This document shows, in pieces, positions 39,445-48,860 of a DNA stretch of 64,000 bases; within the stretch, counting starts at the first letter, position 1, and each line of letters opens with the position of its first letter. Under the pieces are notes generated by a model. It made no database searches. It was not told the DNA's origin and saw nothing but the letters and a program-made list of their open reading frames with translations. The position numbers and the translations under genes are program-made. The stretch spans positions 3,200,001 to 3,264,000 of the forward strand of contig OY769902.1 of assembly GCA_963669175.1 (NCBI GenBank), written 5' to 3'. The DNA is from a bacterium. GTDB taxonomy: Bacteria > Electryoneota > Electryoneia > Electryoneales > Electryoneaceae.

Positions 39445-39647
39445 CAGGCTTTAGCCTGCTCTTTTTAGCACCCGGCTTTAGCCGGGGTGAAATGAGGCCA
39501 ACAACCATTCCGAGCGCGCTTTAGCGTGCTTACCTGGTATAAATCGCGATTCAGGAAAGCACCCTGAAGGGCGCTCGTCATATCTTTAACACTACGAACA
39601 CCCCGGCTAAAGCCGGGTGCTAAGAAGAGCCTGCTGAAGCAGGCTAA
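39441..39647. repeat. compound palindromic element of six REP-like hairpins (REPIN/BIME/MITE-like)
   Basis: 39441-39489 is a near reverse complement of 39599-39647, and 39511-39536 of 39552-39577; hairpin loops TTTA on the left and TGAA/TAAA on the right; central AATCGCGATT. Confidence 0.88.
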
Positions 39648-39831
39648 ACTATTATTATTTTATACCTAAGCTAAAAAAACGATACGCGTGAGTTATCCTG
39701 ATCGCAACTCAAAAGAAACGCTCGTATTGTAGATTATCACTCACTTCAACGCAAACATTGCTGATTGTAAAGTTAGTTGCTATATAGATGCTCTTTGTGC
39801 TAAACCTGACTTTCAGAGAAGGACAAAAAGG

Positions 39832-41241
39832 ATGCAACCCAAAATACATTTTTCCGGGATTGGTGGTACAGCGATGGTCGCCGGGGCACGTTTGGCGATT
39901 GATCTGGGCTGGGAGGTGCGTGGCAGTGACAACCCGCTTTATCCTCCCACATCCCTGATGGTAGAGGAGCTTGGCATTCCAGTCAGCTATTCTTATGCTG
40001 CTGAGAACCTGGCCTGGAATCCTGATGTAGTACTCTTGGGAAATGTGTTGAGCCGTGGTAATGCAGAGGTGGAAGAAGCGTTGCGCGCACGCATGAAATA
40101 TCAGAGCCTGCCGGAATGGATGAAAGAGCATGTGCTACGCAAACGTCGCCCGGTGGCAGTTTGTGGCACACATGGCAAGACCACGACAACGGCGTTGACA
40201 GCCTTCCTGTTGGATCGAGCGGGACTGAACTCCGGGCATTTCATTGGTGGGCAACCGTTGGATTTCCAGTATTCCGCAGCGTTGGGCGCTGCGAACGCTC
40301 CTTTCGTGATCGAAGGCGATGAATACGATACCGCGTTCTTCGACAAACGGGCCAAGTTCTTTCATTATCTGCCGGAAGTGGCGGTGGTGACATCGGTCGA
40401 ATTCGATCATGGCGATATTTATCGAGATCTGGATGAGATCAAACGCGCCTTTCGTTTCATGCTACGTCAGATTCCGAAAGATGGACGCCTGGTAGTCTGT
40501 GCGGATGATGAGGGGGCCCGTGAACTTAGCCAGCACTCATTTTCACCGGTTTTCAGCTACGGGATCGACCATCAGGCAGATATCCACGCCGAGTTTCTTG
40601 GCTATGAGGATGGATTCCAGGTATGCAACGTGAAACACAACGGTAGAAACTGGATAGAGAATCTCAGGTTGCCGCTGGCCGGACGTCACAACCTGCTGAA
40701 CACGCTGGCGGCAATTGCTGTGGCTGATTTCTATGGCGTGTCGGGAGATACTCTCAAAGCGATTCTGCCAGAATTTCGTGGCGTCAAGCGCAGAATGGAA
40801 GTATTCCTGAAGACGGACAATGCAGTCTTTATTGATGATTTCGCACATCATCCAACGGCGATCCGTGAAACGATTCTGGCGGCACGGTTGCGCTGGCCGG
40901 ACAAGAAACTCACCGTATTATTCGAGCCACGAAGCAATACAACCGTGACCAACCGTTTCCAGGGGGAATTGACTGAAGCTTTGAGTCATGCGGATGCTAT
41001 CTGGATCGGACCGATCCATCGACCGGAGCGGATGAGCGAGGATCAGCGGCTGAATCGGGAAGAGATGGCAGCCACATTGACCTCTGGAGGCAAAGCAGTA
41101 AAATGGACCGATGAAGTGGAAGAAATTTCTAAATCTTTAACTTCAGGTGGAACTGTGGATGGAGTTGTGCTTATACTGAGTAACGGAGCTTTTGGCGGTA
41201 TCTACCAACAGTTGACAGAGTACTACAGTATCCATGAGTGA
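39832..41241 (+). CDS. mpl: murein peptide ligase Mpl
   Basis: GIGGTAM, CGTHGKTTTT, FVIEGDEYDTAFFDKRAKF, DDFAHHPTAI, FEPRSNT. Confidence 0.92.
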   Translation: MQPKIHFSGIGGTAMVAGARLAIDLGWEVRGSDNPLYPPTSLMVEELGIPVSYSYAAENLAWNPDVVLLGNVLSRGNAEVEEALRARMKYQSLPEWMKEHVLRKRRPVAVCGTHGKTTTTALTAFLLDRAGLNSGHFIGGQPLDFQYSAALGAANAPFVIEGDEYDTAFFDKRAKFFHYLPEVAVVTSVEFDHGDIYRDLDEIKRAFRFMLRQIPKDGRLVVCADDEGARELSQHSFSPVFSYGIDHQADIHAEFLGYEDGFQVCNVKHNGRNWIENLRLPLAGRHNLLNTLAAIAVADFYGVSGDTLKAILPEFRGVKRRMEVFLKTDNAVFIDDFAHHPTAIRETILAARLRWPDKKLTVLFEPRSNTTVTNRFQGELTEALSHADAIWIGPIHRPERMSEDQRLNREEMAATLTSGGKAVKWTDEVEEISKSLTSGGTVDGVVLILSNGAFGGIYQQLTEYYSIHE

Positions 41242-41725
41242 TAGTCCTGAGATAGTAGAACAGGAATCGAACGACCAGGAATTGACCTGTCAGGGGTGTG
41301 GTGCGGTTTTCGTCTTCACAGGGCGCGAACAACGCTTCTACCTTGAGATGGGTTTTGTCACGCCACGCTATTGCCCGACCTGCCGTAAAACCAGAAAAAG
41401 AGACCAGAAGAAGGCTGCTGACTGGAAGGATACCTACGAAGTTACGTGTGATTCGTGCGGTGTCGATACAACAGTACCTTTTAAACCGGTCAACAATCGC
41501 CCGGTCTATTGCCGTAAATGCCTTGATGAGGTGAATCGTAACGGTTCCCTGAACGGAAGTGACAAGGTGCGCATGGCCTCGATGACTGGCGGTACGGATG
41601 AGAACGGCAATGGCGACATAAAAGGAATCGGTGTGACCGCCATCGAGGATTCAGAACGTCCCTATGCAGATCTGGACGAGGCGGTTGAGCGATTGTGCGT
41701 AGATTTGTTCGGTGCAAGTGCGTAA
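41234..41725 (+). CDS. double zinc-ribbon protein (zf-trcl plus CxxC-x17-CxxC) with acidic tail
   Basis: CQGCG..FVFT..EQ.FY...GF..P..CPTC and CDSCG....VPFKP...RPVYCRKC. Confidence 0.88.
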   Translation: MSDSPEIVEQESNDQELTCQGCGAVFVFTGREQRFYLEMGFVTPRYCPTCRKTRKRDQKKAADWKDTYEVTCDSCGVDTTVPFKPVNNRPVYCRKCLDEVNRNGSLNGSDKVRMASMTGGTDENGNGDIKGIGVTAIEDSERPYADLDEAVERLCVDLFGASA

Positions 41726-41756
41726 ATTGCAGGCCGGACGGGTTGATGCATCCTTT

Positions 41757-41850
41757 GGGAGTGGACGTGTGCCTGGTGGACGCCGCGGCCTTCAAAGCCG
41801 TTGTGGGGCTTAGCCGTCCCGGCTGGGTTCGATTCCCAGACACTCCCGCA
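41757..41850 (+). tRNA. selC: tRNA-Sec (anticodon UCA)
   Basis: acceptor GGGAGTG/CACTCCC, long D-stem with TGGT loop, anticodon arm GCGGC-CT-TCA-AA-GCCGT, long variable arm, T-arm CTGGG-TTCGATT-CCCAG, G discriminator at 41848; CCA not encoded. Confidence 0.92.
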
Positions 41851-41882
41851 AGTATTCTCCTTTCAAACCACCCCAGAGAACC

Positions 41883-42665
41883 ATGATTTCCAGGAAAACC
41901 ACATTTCTGAATGATTCCGGCGAAGAACTTGCCGCTCGCCTGGAACTGCCAGATGATGAAACGAGCAGCCGTGGCTTTGTCATTTTTGCCCATTGTTTTA
42001 CCTGTACCAAGGACTACAAATCCGTCTATCATATCAGTCGCGAGCTTTGTTCGCAGGGATACGCGGTTCTGCGTTTTGACTTCACCGGATTGGGAGAGAG
42101 TGGTGGAAATTTCGCGGACACGACCTTTCAAACCAACATTGCCGATCTACGGGCTGCCTGTCGATTTCTGGAAGAAAACTTCCAACCGCCGAAACTCCTG
42201 ATCGGTCATTCGCTTGGCGGCGCGGCCGTACTACACACTGCCGGTGCGATGGATAGTGTTAAGGCAGTTGTGACCATCGGCGCTCCCTCAGACTTGAACA
42301 GCCTTTCCAGCAAACTCCTTTCCAATGAACTGCTTGAAAAACAGTTGGAGGAGAAGGGGACAGTTGATATCAAGGTGCTGGGACGCGATTTTACCTTGAG
42401 AAGAAGTTTCTTCGATGCGCTGCAAAAGACAGAAATGCAGTCCATCGTTGAAGGTCTGAACAAGCCATTAATGATATTGCATGCCGTAGGGGACAGTATT
42501 GTATCCATCCGGCATGGTCAGGCCATTTTTTCCTGGGCGCATCAACCCAAATCGTTTATCTCCCTGCCCAATGCCGATCATCTTTTATCCGATGGCGATG
42601 AAGCGAAGCGAGCGGCTTCATTCATATCACATTGGGTAGATCAGTTTGTTGACAAACCTGAGTAA
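41883..42665 (+). CDS. alpha/beta hydrolase of the type often fused to OsmC, here without the OsmC domain
   Basis: FAHCFTC, RFDFTGLGESGG, GHSLGG nucleophile elbow, ADHLL. Confidence 0.88.
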   Translation: MISRKTTFLNDSGEELAARLELPDDETSSRGFVIFAHCFTCTKDYKSVYHISRELCSQGYAVLRFDFTGLGESGGNFADTTFQTNIADLRAACRFLEENFQPPKLLIGHSLGGAAVLHTAGAMDSVKAVVTIGAPSDLNSLSSKLLSNELLEKQLEEKGTVDIKVLGRDFTLRRSFFDALQKTEMQSIVEGLNKPLMILHAVGDSIVSIRHGQAIFSWAHQPKSFISLPNADHLLSDGDEAKRAASFISHWVDQFVDKPE

Positions 42666-42710
42666 ATCTCCTACACTAGTCGAGATACCATGAGAGTGCT
42701 CCGGGATTAC

Positions 42711-42743
42711 TTAATCATATCCTCACTTCACGCTAACAATTGA
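42711..42743 (+). promoter_or_regulatory. weak candidate Pho-box-like repeats upstream of phoB
   Basis: TTAAT, CTCAC and CTAAC at 42711, 42722 and 42733 (11-bp period). Confidence 0.3.
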
Positions 42744-42786
42744 ATCTGTACCCTCAACCGGGCAAAAACGATGTGGAGACCATACC

Positions 42787-43473
42787 ATGAGTGACATTTC
42801 CATACTGGTTGTTGAAGACGAAGAAGACATCCAAGAGCTTATTCGTTATAATCTTAGCCGTGAGGGTTTCAACATTACCTGTGTTGAAACAGGGGAGAAG
42901 GGTGTCGAGGAAGCGAAGAGAAAAGCCTACGACCTCATATTGTTAGACCTCATGCTTCCGGGGTTGGATGGTTTAGAAGTGTGCCGCAGGCTGAAAAGGG
43001 AAGAGGGTACACGCTTTGTGCCGATTGTGATGGTTACGGCCAAGGATGAAGAGGCCGATATAGTAACCGGACTCGAACTTGGTGCAGATGACTATGTAAC
43101 CAAACCTTTCAGCCCGCGTGTGTTGGTCGCGCGTGCGAAAGCAGTACTTCGCAGACGTGAAAAAGCGCCGACTGGCGAGGATGAGGTTCTGACCTTTGGT
43201 GACCTGGTGATTCACCCCGGACGCCATATTGTGTTGGTAAATGACGAACCTGTTGATCTGACCAATACCGAGTTTCGTATTCTGCATCACCTGGCGCGCA
43301 GGCCGGGCTGGGTATTTACTCGGTATCAAATTGTTGATGCTGTACACGGTGAGAACTACCCGGTATCCGACCGGTCAGTGGATGTACAGGTTGTTGGTCT
43401 TCGCCGCAAGATGGGATCATGCGGTGATTTGATTGAGACGGTCCGTGGTGTCGGCTATCGGTTCAAGGAGTGA
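42787..43473 (+). CDS. phoB: PhoB/PhoP-like OmpR family response regulator
   Basis: LDLMLPG, GADDYVTKPFSPR, DRSVDV, IETVRGVGYRF; coupled to a PhoR-like kinase. Confidence 0.82.
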   Translation: MSDISILVVEDEEDIQELIRYNLSREGFNITCVETGEKGVEEAKRKAYDLILLDLMLPGLDGLEVCRRLKREEGTRFVPIVMVTAKDEEADIVTGLELGADDYVTKPFSPRVLVARAKAVLRRREKAPTGEDEVLTFGDLVIHPGRHIVLVNDEPVDLTNTEFRILHHLARRPGWVFTRYQIVDAVHGENYPVSDRSVDVQVVGLRRKMGSCGDLIETVRGVGYRFKE

Positions 43474-45287
43474 CGGTGGCAAGAAAAAAGCGCCTCTTTG
43501 AACGGTTTTTCTATCCATACCTGTTACTGATACTTGTATCGCTTGTCGCTGTCTTCTGGTTCGGATCAGAAGCGTTTCACACCTTCTACCTGGATCAATT
43601 GACCGAGGAGCTGATCGCACGTGCGCGTCTTGTTCGTGCTCATATGCCTTCTGCGCTAACACCTGATTTATCGGGATCTGTTGACAGCTTATGTAAAACA
43701 CTGGGGCAGGAAAGTGATATGCGAATCACCGTCATCCTGGCTGATGGCAGGGTGATTGGTGATTCGGATGAAGACCCGCTGGATATGGACAATCACCTGA
43801 GTCGTCCGGAAATCCAGGTTGCCATGAATGAAAAAAGCCCCGGCCATTCGATCCGCTATAGTCATACGCTTGACCAGACGATGACCTATGTGGCCATTCC
43901 CCTTGATCCAGACTCTGATTCAACACCTGTAATTCGTACGGCTTTGCCTATCACAGATGTGAATCGTGCGCTGCGAGCCATGAATTTTCGCATCATGATG
44001 GGCGGTTTAGCTGTTGCCTTGTTTGCGGCAGTCATCAGCTTGTTGATTGCTCGAAGAATCATTCGTCCCCTTGAAGATATGAAAAGAGGCGCGGAACGGT
44101 TTGCCCGTGGCGAATTGGATACCCGTCTGCCGGTTTCACATACGGAGGAGATGGGGACTCTGGCGGAAGCCATGAATCATATGGCGGCGCAACTGGAAAA
44201 ACGAATTCGGACAATTGTTCGCCAGCGTGAAGAACAAATGGCTGTGCTTTCAGGGATGGTCGAGGGTGTGTTTGCAGTGGACATGCTTGAGAAATTCCTG
44301 ATTATGAACCATTCCGCAGCCGAGTTGCTTGGAACTGACCCTGAAACATGTAAAGGTGAGAACCTGGGTGAGATTGTAAAACTTGCTGAATTGCGTCACT
44401 TTGTACGCGACGTTCTCACAGGCGATGATTCCCCGGTTGGCAATGAAATTACTATTTACGGTGAGAAAGAGCGAATTCTTCAGGTACATGGAGCGCCCCT
44501 AAAGAATGTTCACGGGCAACGCCGTGGCGCTGTCATCGTACTGAATGATATAACACAGATGATACGGCTTGAGAACACACGGCGTGATTTTGTCGCGAAT
44601 GCATCCCATGAACTGAAAACGCCAGTCACTGCGATTAAAGGATCGGTAGAAACCTTACGTGACGGCGCATTGCATGATCCTGAGGGGGCGAACCGTTTCC
44701 TTGAGATCATTTCAAAACAATCCGACTACCTGACTGCGATTATTCAGGATCTGCTGCACCTGGCAAAACTGGAACGTGAGACAGAGACAAAGATTCATGC
44801 TGAACCAATTGTTCTCCAGCATCTGATTGACGATTGTATTCTGAATACGGAACACCTGGCGCACGACAGAGGGCAGGAGTTGATTGTCGAGTCGCCGGAT
44901 GGATTGCAAGTACAGGGCAATTTTGTTCTTTTACAGCAGGCTGTAGTAAACCTTATTGAAAATGCGATCAAGTACAGTCCGGAGAATAAACGAATCTGGA
45001 TTCAGGCTGAGAATTGTGACGAAGCGACAAAAATTTACATTCGAGATGAAGGGCCGGGAATCCCGGAACAGCATCTGCCGCGTTTGTTTGAAAGGTTTTA
45101 CCGTGTCGATAAATCGAGGAGTCGAAAGCTGGGTGGAACCGGTTTGGGATTGGCGATTGTGAAGCATATTGTTCTTGCGCACAATGGCAAAGTGAGTGTA
45201 GATAGTGTGCAGGGAGAAGGCACCACATTTACCATCTCCATCCCGGATAACATGGACGAAGACGATACGGTAACCCCAAACGTGTGA
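43470..45287 (+). CDS. phoR: PhoR-like sensor histidine kinase (sensor, HAMP, PAS, HisKA, HATPase)
   Basis: MDNHLSRPEI, RRDFVANASHELKTP, FERFYRVDKSRSRKLGGTGLGLAIVKH. Confidence 0.85.
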   Translation: MTVARKKRLFERFFYPYLLLILVSLVAVFWFGSEAFHTFYLDQLTEELIARARLVRAHMPSALTPDLSGSVDSLCKTLGQESDMRITVILADGRVIGDSDEDPLDMDNHLSRPEIQVAMNEKSPGHSIRYSHTLDQTMTYVAIPLDPDSDSTPVIRTALPITDVNRALRAMNFRIMMGGLAVALFAAVISLLIARRIIRPLEDMKRGAERFARGELDTRLPVSHTEEMGTLAEAMNHMAAQLEKRIRTIVRQREEQMAVLSGMVEGVFAVDMLEKFLIMNHSAAELLGTDPETCKGENLGEIVKLAELRHFVRDVLTGDDSPVGNEITIYGEKERILQVHGAPLKNVHGQRRGAVIVLNDITQMIRLENTRRDFVANASHELKTPVTAIKGSVETLRDGALHDPEGANRFLEIISKQSDYLTAIIQDLLHLAKLERETETKIHAEPIVLQHLIDDCILNTEHLAHDRGQELIVESPDGLQVQGNFVLLQQAVVNLIENAIKYSPENKRIWIQAENCDEATKIYIRDEGPGIPEQHLPRLFERFYRVDKSRSRKLGGTGLGLAIVKHIVLAHNGKVSVDSVQGEGTTFTISIPDNMDEDDTVTPNV

Positions 45288-45296
45288 GGCAGTAAG

Positions 45297-45716
45297 ATGA
45301 AGAGCTATCGCAAAGAATTGTTTTTTGATGTCCCGACCCGTCGGGCGTTTATCCATATCACCCCTGAAATCCAGAAGTGTGTCAACGAATCCGGTATCAA
45401 GGAAGGGCTTTGCCTGGTCAACCCGATGCACATCACGGCTTCCGTGTTTATCAACGATAACGAGTCTGGACTGCACCAGGATTATGAGAAGTGGCTGGAA
45501 GGGCTTGCCCCGCATGCGCCGGTAGGGCAGTATCGCCACAATGATACCGGCGAAGATAACGCGGACGCACACTTGAAGCGCCAGGTGATGGGACGTGAAA
45601 GTGTTGTCGCGATCACCAACGGCAGCCTTGACCTTGGCACATGGGAAAGACTTTTCTACGGTGAATTTGATGGTCGCCGCAGGAAGCGTGTCCTGGTGAA
45701 AATTATCGGTGAGTAA
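45297..45716 (+). CDS. yjbQ: YjbQ/UPF0047 family protein
   Basis: [34 protein letters not shown]. Confidence 0.92.
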   Translation: MKSYRKELFFDVPTRRAFIHITPEIQKCVNESGIKEGLCLVNPMHITASVFINDNESGLHQDYEKWLEGLAPHAPVGQYRHNDTGEDNADAHLKRQVMGRESVVAITNGSLDLGTWERLFYGEFDGRRRKRVLVKIIGE

Positions 45717-45786
45717 TGAGCAAGAAAATTGTTAGAACTGCCACAATGCCAATCTCACAATTAGGAATATTAGCTGCATAATCACC

Positions 45787-45889
45787 CCTAACATACTCCT
45801 AACAATACTGCAAGCGTAGCAAACACATGGTATTAGTGTTGCTACGCTTGCTTGCTCTCACGAGAGTCTAACATACCTTTTACGATTCC
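45787..45889 (+). promoter_or_regulatory. two candidate Pho-box pairs flanking a strong hairpin
   Basis: CCTAACATACT-CCTAACAATAC (45787-45808), hairpin GCAAGCGTAGCAA(A)CAC...GTGTTGCTACGCTTGC (45810-45851), CTAACATACCT-TTTACGATTCC (45868-45889). Confidence 0.55.
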
Positions 45890-45962
45890 TGAATTCATCT
45901 CCGATTTCTTTCAGGTCATTAAAGGGCCGGAATGGGACCGGCCTGAAAGTAGTTCTTAGGGG

Positions 45963-48758
45963 ATGTCAAAGATGCACAACTTCAAAACCGCTTTCCTGGT
46001 GCTTCTCTTCTTTGCACTGGCGATGCCCTCTCTGGCAGCCAACATCGTTGGCACGGTCACAGATGCCGAGACGGGCGAACCACTTGTTGGGGCTAATGTA
46101 ATTCTCCAGGGAACAACCAGGGGCGCTTCTACTGATCTGGATGGCAAGTATGCCATTTTCGGCGTCAAGGAAGGCCAATACACAATCATGGTTACCAACC
46201 TTGGATACCTTGAGCAGTCCACACTGGTATCAGTCTATTCGCTTGGTGAAGTGACCATGGATTTTCAGCTTGCATCCAGTACAGTCAAGTTGGAAGAAGT
46301 GGTTGTTACCGGAAAACGTGCCGAGACCGGTTCTGCGGAACGTGAACTGCAGGAACGGATGGAAGCGTCCAACATTACGGATGCGGTTGCCGGTGAAGAG
46401 ATGAGCCGGATGCCTGATCCTGATGTAGCGGATGTAGTTCGTCGTGCGACCGGTGTTTCCACCCAGGGCGGTAATCCGATTATCCGTGGCCTCGACAAGC
46501 GTTATTCCAAGGTGTCCTTGAACAGCGCCCAGATTTCCGGCACGGAACCCAACAGTAGCGCTGTATCGCTGGACCTGTTTCCCTCATCCATGATGAGCCG
46601 TGTTACGATCAGCAAGTCCTATACGGCTGACCAGATGGGGGAGTACGCCGGTGGCGTGATCAACATGAACACCTGGGAAGCGCTTGGTAAGACGGAATTA
46701 TCCGTTGGCGCCAACATGAGTGTGAACAGTCAGTCCACATTCATGAAAGATTTCCAATCTTATAATGGTGGCGGGCTTGACTGGCTCGGTTTTGATGATG
46801 GTACACGCGCCATCCCGGATGCTGTGTCGGCTGCATCCTCACCGATTATTGAAGGTGGCCGGTTTGGCGGCTACACAGAATCTGATCTGGTTCCTTTAGG
46901 CAAGTCTTTTACGAATAACTGGGAACGCACGGATACTTATTCAATGCCGAACCAGAGCTATTCACTTTCCCTGAGCGGCGATACCAAACTCGCAGGAAAG
47001 CAACTTAGTTACCTGGTGTCCGGTCAGTACAAGAACAGCTTCGCTTTCAAGGAAACGGAAACCAATACATACCGGCTGCAGATGACCCCGCGTAATTACT
47101 ACACGGAAAAATCCTACAGCCACGATGTCGCACTGGGAAGTATCGGGTCATTGAACTACCGTCTCGCGCCAAGCGCACGGATCGGCTTGAACTACATGAT
47201 CAACCGTGAATTCGATGATGAAACCCGGACACTGAACGGATACGACAGCGATCATAACGTATACCAGCAGAATACACGCTTCCGTACCATCATCCGCACC
47301 ACAGTGACATCGCAGTTGATGGGTAGTTTTGCTTTTCCCAGCCTGATGTCATCGAACCTGGAAGTCTCCTATACCCATTCACGTGGTTTCCGTGATGAAC
47401 CGGATACGCGCGAAGTATTCTACGCTGCGGAAACGGAAAACGGAACCTACCTGCTGGACCAGGATGACAATGCCAGCGGTTCACGTGCATTCAACGAACT
47501 GAATGACTATACCAACAATCTTGGCCTTGACTGGAGCCTGCGTCCGTTCGGGATGGACCGTGACCTGGTAGTCAAGGTTGGTGGCGCCCTGGTTCGCCGT
47601 GATCGTGACTCGGAAAGCCGTTATTTCTTCCTGAAGAACAAGGGATGGAGCATTACAGATCCCTACTTGGCCAACGGGCCGGAAGAATTGTTCAAGGATG
47701 AGAATATTTTCGAAGATGGTTTCCAGTTGGAAGAGCGTCGTGGTAATAACGACAGCTACGAAGCAAGCCGGAGTATTGATGCCGGTTATGCCATGCTGGA
47801 AACGCAGATCAGCCGGTTTGTCCGGTTAAACACCGGTTTGCGAATCGAGCGCTTCGACCAGGAAGTATCCTCCTTCTTTGTCGGAGATGAGGACAACAGG
47901 TTTACGGGCAATATCAACACGACAGACCTGTTGCCCGCGATGAACCTGACCTTCAGCCCGACGGCAGACATGAATTTCCGGTTTGCTGCCAGCAGAACCG
48001 TTTCACGTCCCGATTTCAGGGAGATGTCCGAGTATTTCTTCTTTGATAAGGCACGTGGAACAACAGTAGGCAATGAAGAGCTGAATCGTGGCCTGATCTG
48101 GAATTTCGATACACGCTTTGAGCGCATGTATGGCGGTTCCAATCTCCAGGCGATCAGCTTCTTCTATAAGTATTTCGATCACCCGATTGAAGAGATCACC
48201 ATTCCGGGCTCTGAGCTGGCGCTTTCTTACGGCAATGTTGAATCTGCTTACAGCTATGGCGCTGAAGTAGAGCTTCGTCAGCAACTCGGTGACGTACATG
48301 ATGTGTTTTCCCCCTTCTTCATGTCTACCAACTTTTCTTTGATCTGGTCTGATGTGCAGGGCGATTCCATCGTCTGGCGCAATGGTGAATCGGTTCAGAA
48401 TATCGGTGCAATCCTTGACCGTCCTTTGCAGGGACAGTCGCCTTACCTGTTTAACCTTACCCTTGGCTACGAAAACGCAGTGTCGCATACGCTTGCATCG
48501 TTGTACTTCAACGTCTTCGGCAAGCGGATCAGCCGAGTTGGCTACAAGATTGGTGCAAAGACCATGGCCAATGTGTATGAGATGCCACACCCTGACTTCG
48601 ATTTCACTTTACAGCAGCCATTGGGACCAAACCTGAAGCTTAAAGCCGCAGTCGAAAACATCCTCGATCCCGAGATTCGTTTTGAGCAGGATGGTTATCC
48701 GACAGAGGTGTACAAGCTGGGAAGAACATTCGCAGTCGGAATCAGCTACCGCATGTAA
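45963..48758 (+). CDS. TonB-dependent receptor with N-terminal extension domain
   Basis: signal peptide, DAETGEPLVGANV extension, LEEVVVTG TonB box, plug IRGL..RY, LQGQSPY, C-terminal GRTFAVGISYRM. Confidence 0.93.
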   Translation: MSKMHNFKTAFLVLLFFALAMPSLAANIVGTVTDAETGEPLVGANVILQGTTRGASTDLDGKYAIFGVKEGQYTIMVTNLGYLEQSTLVSVYSLGEVTMDFQLASSTVKLEEVVVTGKRAETGSAERELQERMEASNITDAVAGEEMSRMPDPDVADVVRRATGVSTQGGNPIIRGLDKRYSKVSLNSAQISGTEPNSSAVSLDLFPSSMMSRVTISKSYTADQMGEYAGGVINMNTWEALGKTELSVGANMSVNSQSTFMKDFQSYNGGGLDWLGFDDGTRAIPDAVSAASSPIIEGGRFGGYTESDLVPLGKSFTNNWERTDTYSMPNQSYSLSLSGDTKLAGKQLSYLVSGQYKNSFAFKETETNTYRLQMTPRNYYTEKSYSHDVALGSIGSLNYRLAPSARIGLNYMINREFDDETRTLNGYDSDHNVYQQNTRFRTIIRTTVTSQLMGSFAFPSLMSSNLEVSYTHSRGFRDEPDTREVFYAAETENGTYLLDQDDNASGSRAFNELNDYTNNLGLDWSLRPFGMDRDLVVKVGGALVRRDRDSESRYFFLKNKGWSITDPYLANGPEELFKDENIFEDGFQLEERRGNNDSYEASRSIDAGYAMLETQISRFVRLNTGLRIERFDQEVSSFFVGDEDNRFTGNINTTDLLPAMNLTFSPTADMNFRFAASRTVSRPDFREMSEYFFFDKARGTTVGNEELNRGLIWNFDTRFERMYGGSNLQAISFFYKYFDHPIEEITIPGSELALSYGNVESAYSYGAEVELRQQLGDVHDVFSPFFMSTNFSLIWSDVQGDSIVWRNGESVQNIGAILDRPLQGQSPYLFNLTLGYENAVSHTLASLYFNVFGKRISRVGYKIGAKTMANVYEMPHPDFDFTLQQPLGPNLKLKAAVENILDPEIRFEQDGYPTEVYKLGRTFAVGISYRM

Positions 48759-48860
48759 ATGCAACAGGGCTGAATCCGTTTCGATGATAGAGACAAGAGA
48801 CAGAAAAAAGATCAGGGAAAATCCCTGCACATTGATTTGAGGATTCAGGAGGAAGAGAAG

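Noticed and set aside
41695-41886. 63-aa ORF across the tRNA region
   Set aside because: The sequence is explained by tRNA-Sec.
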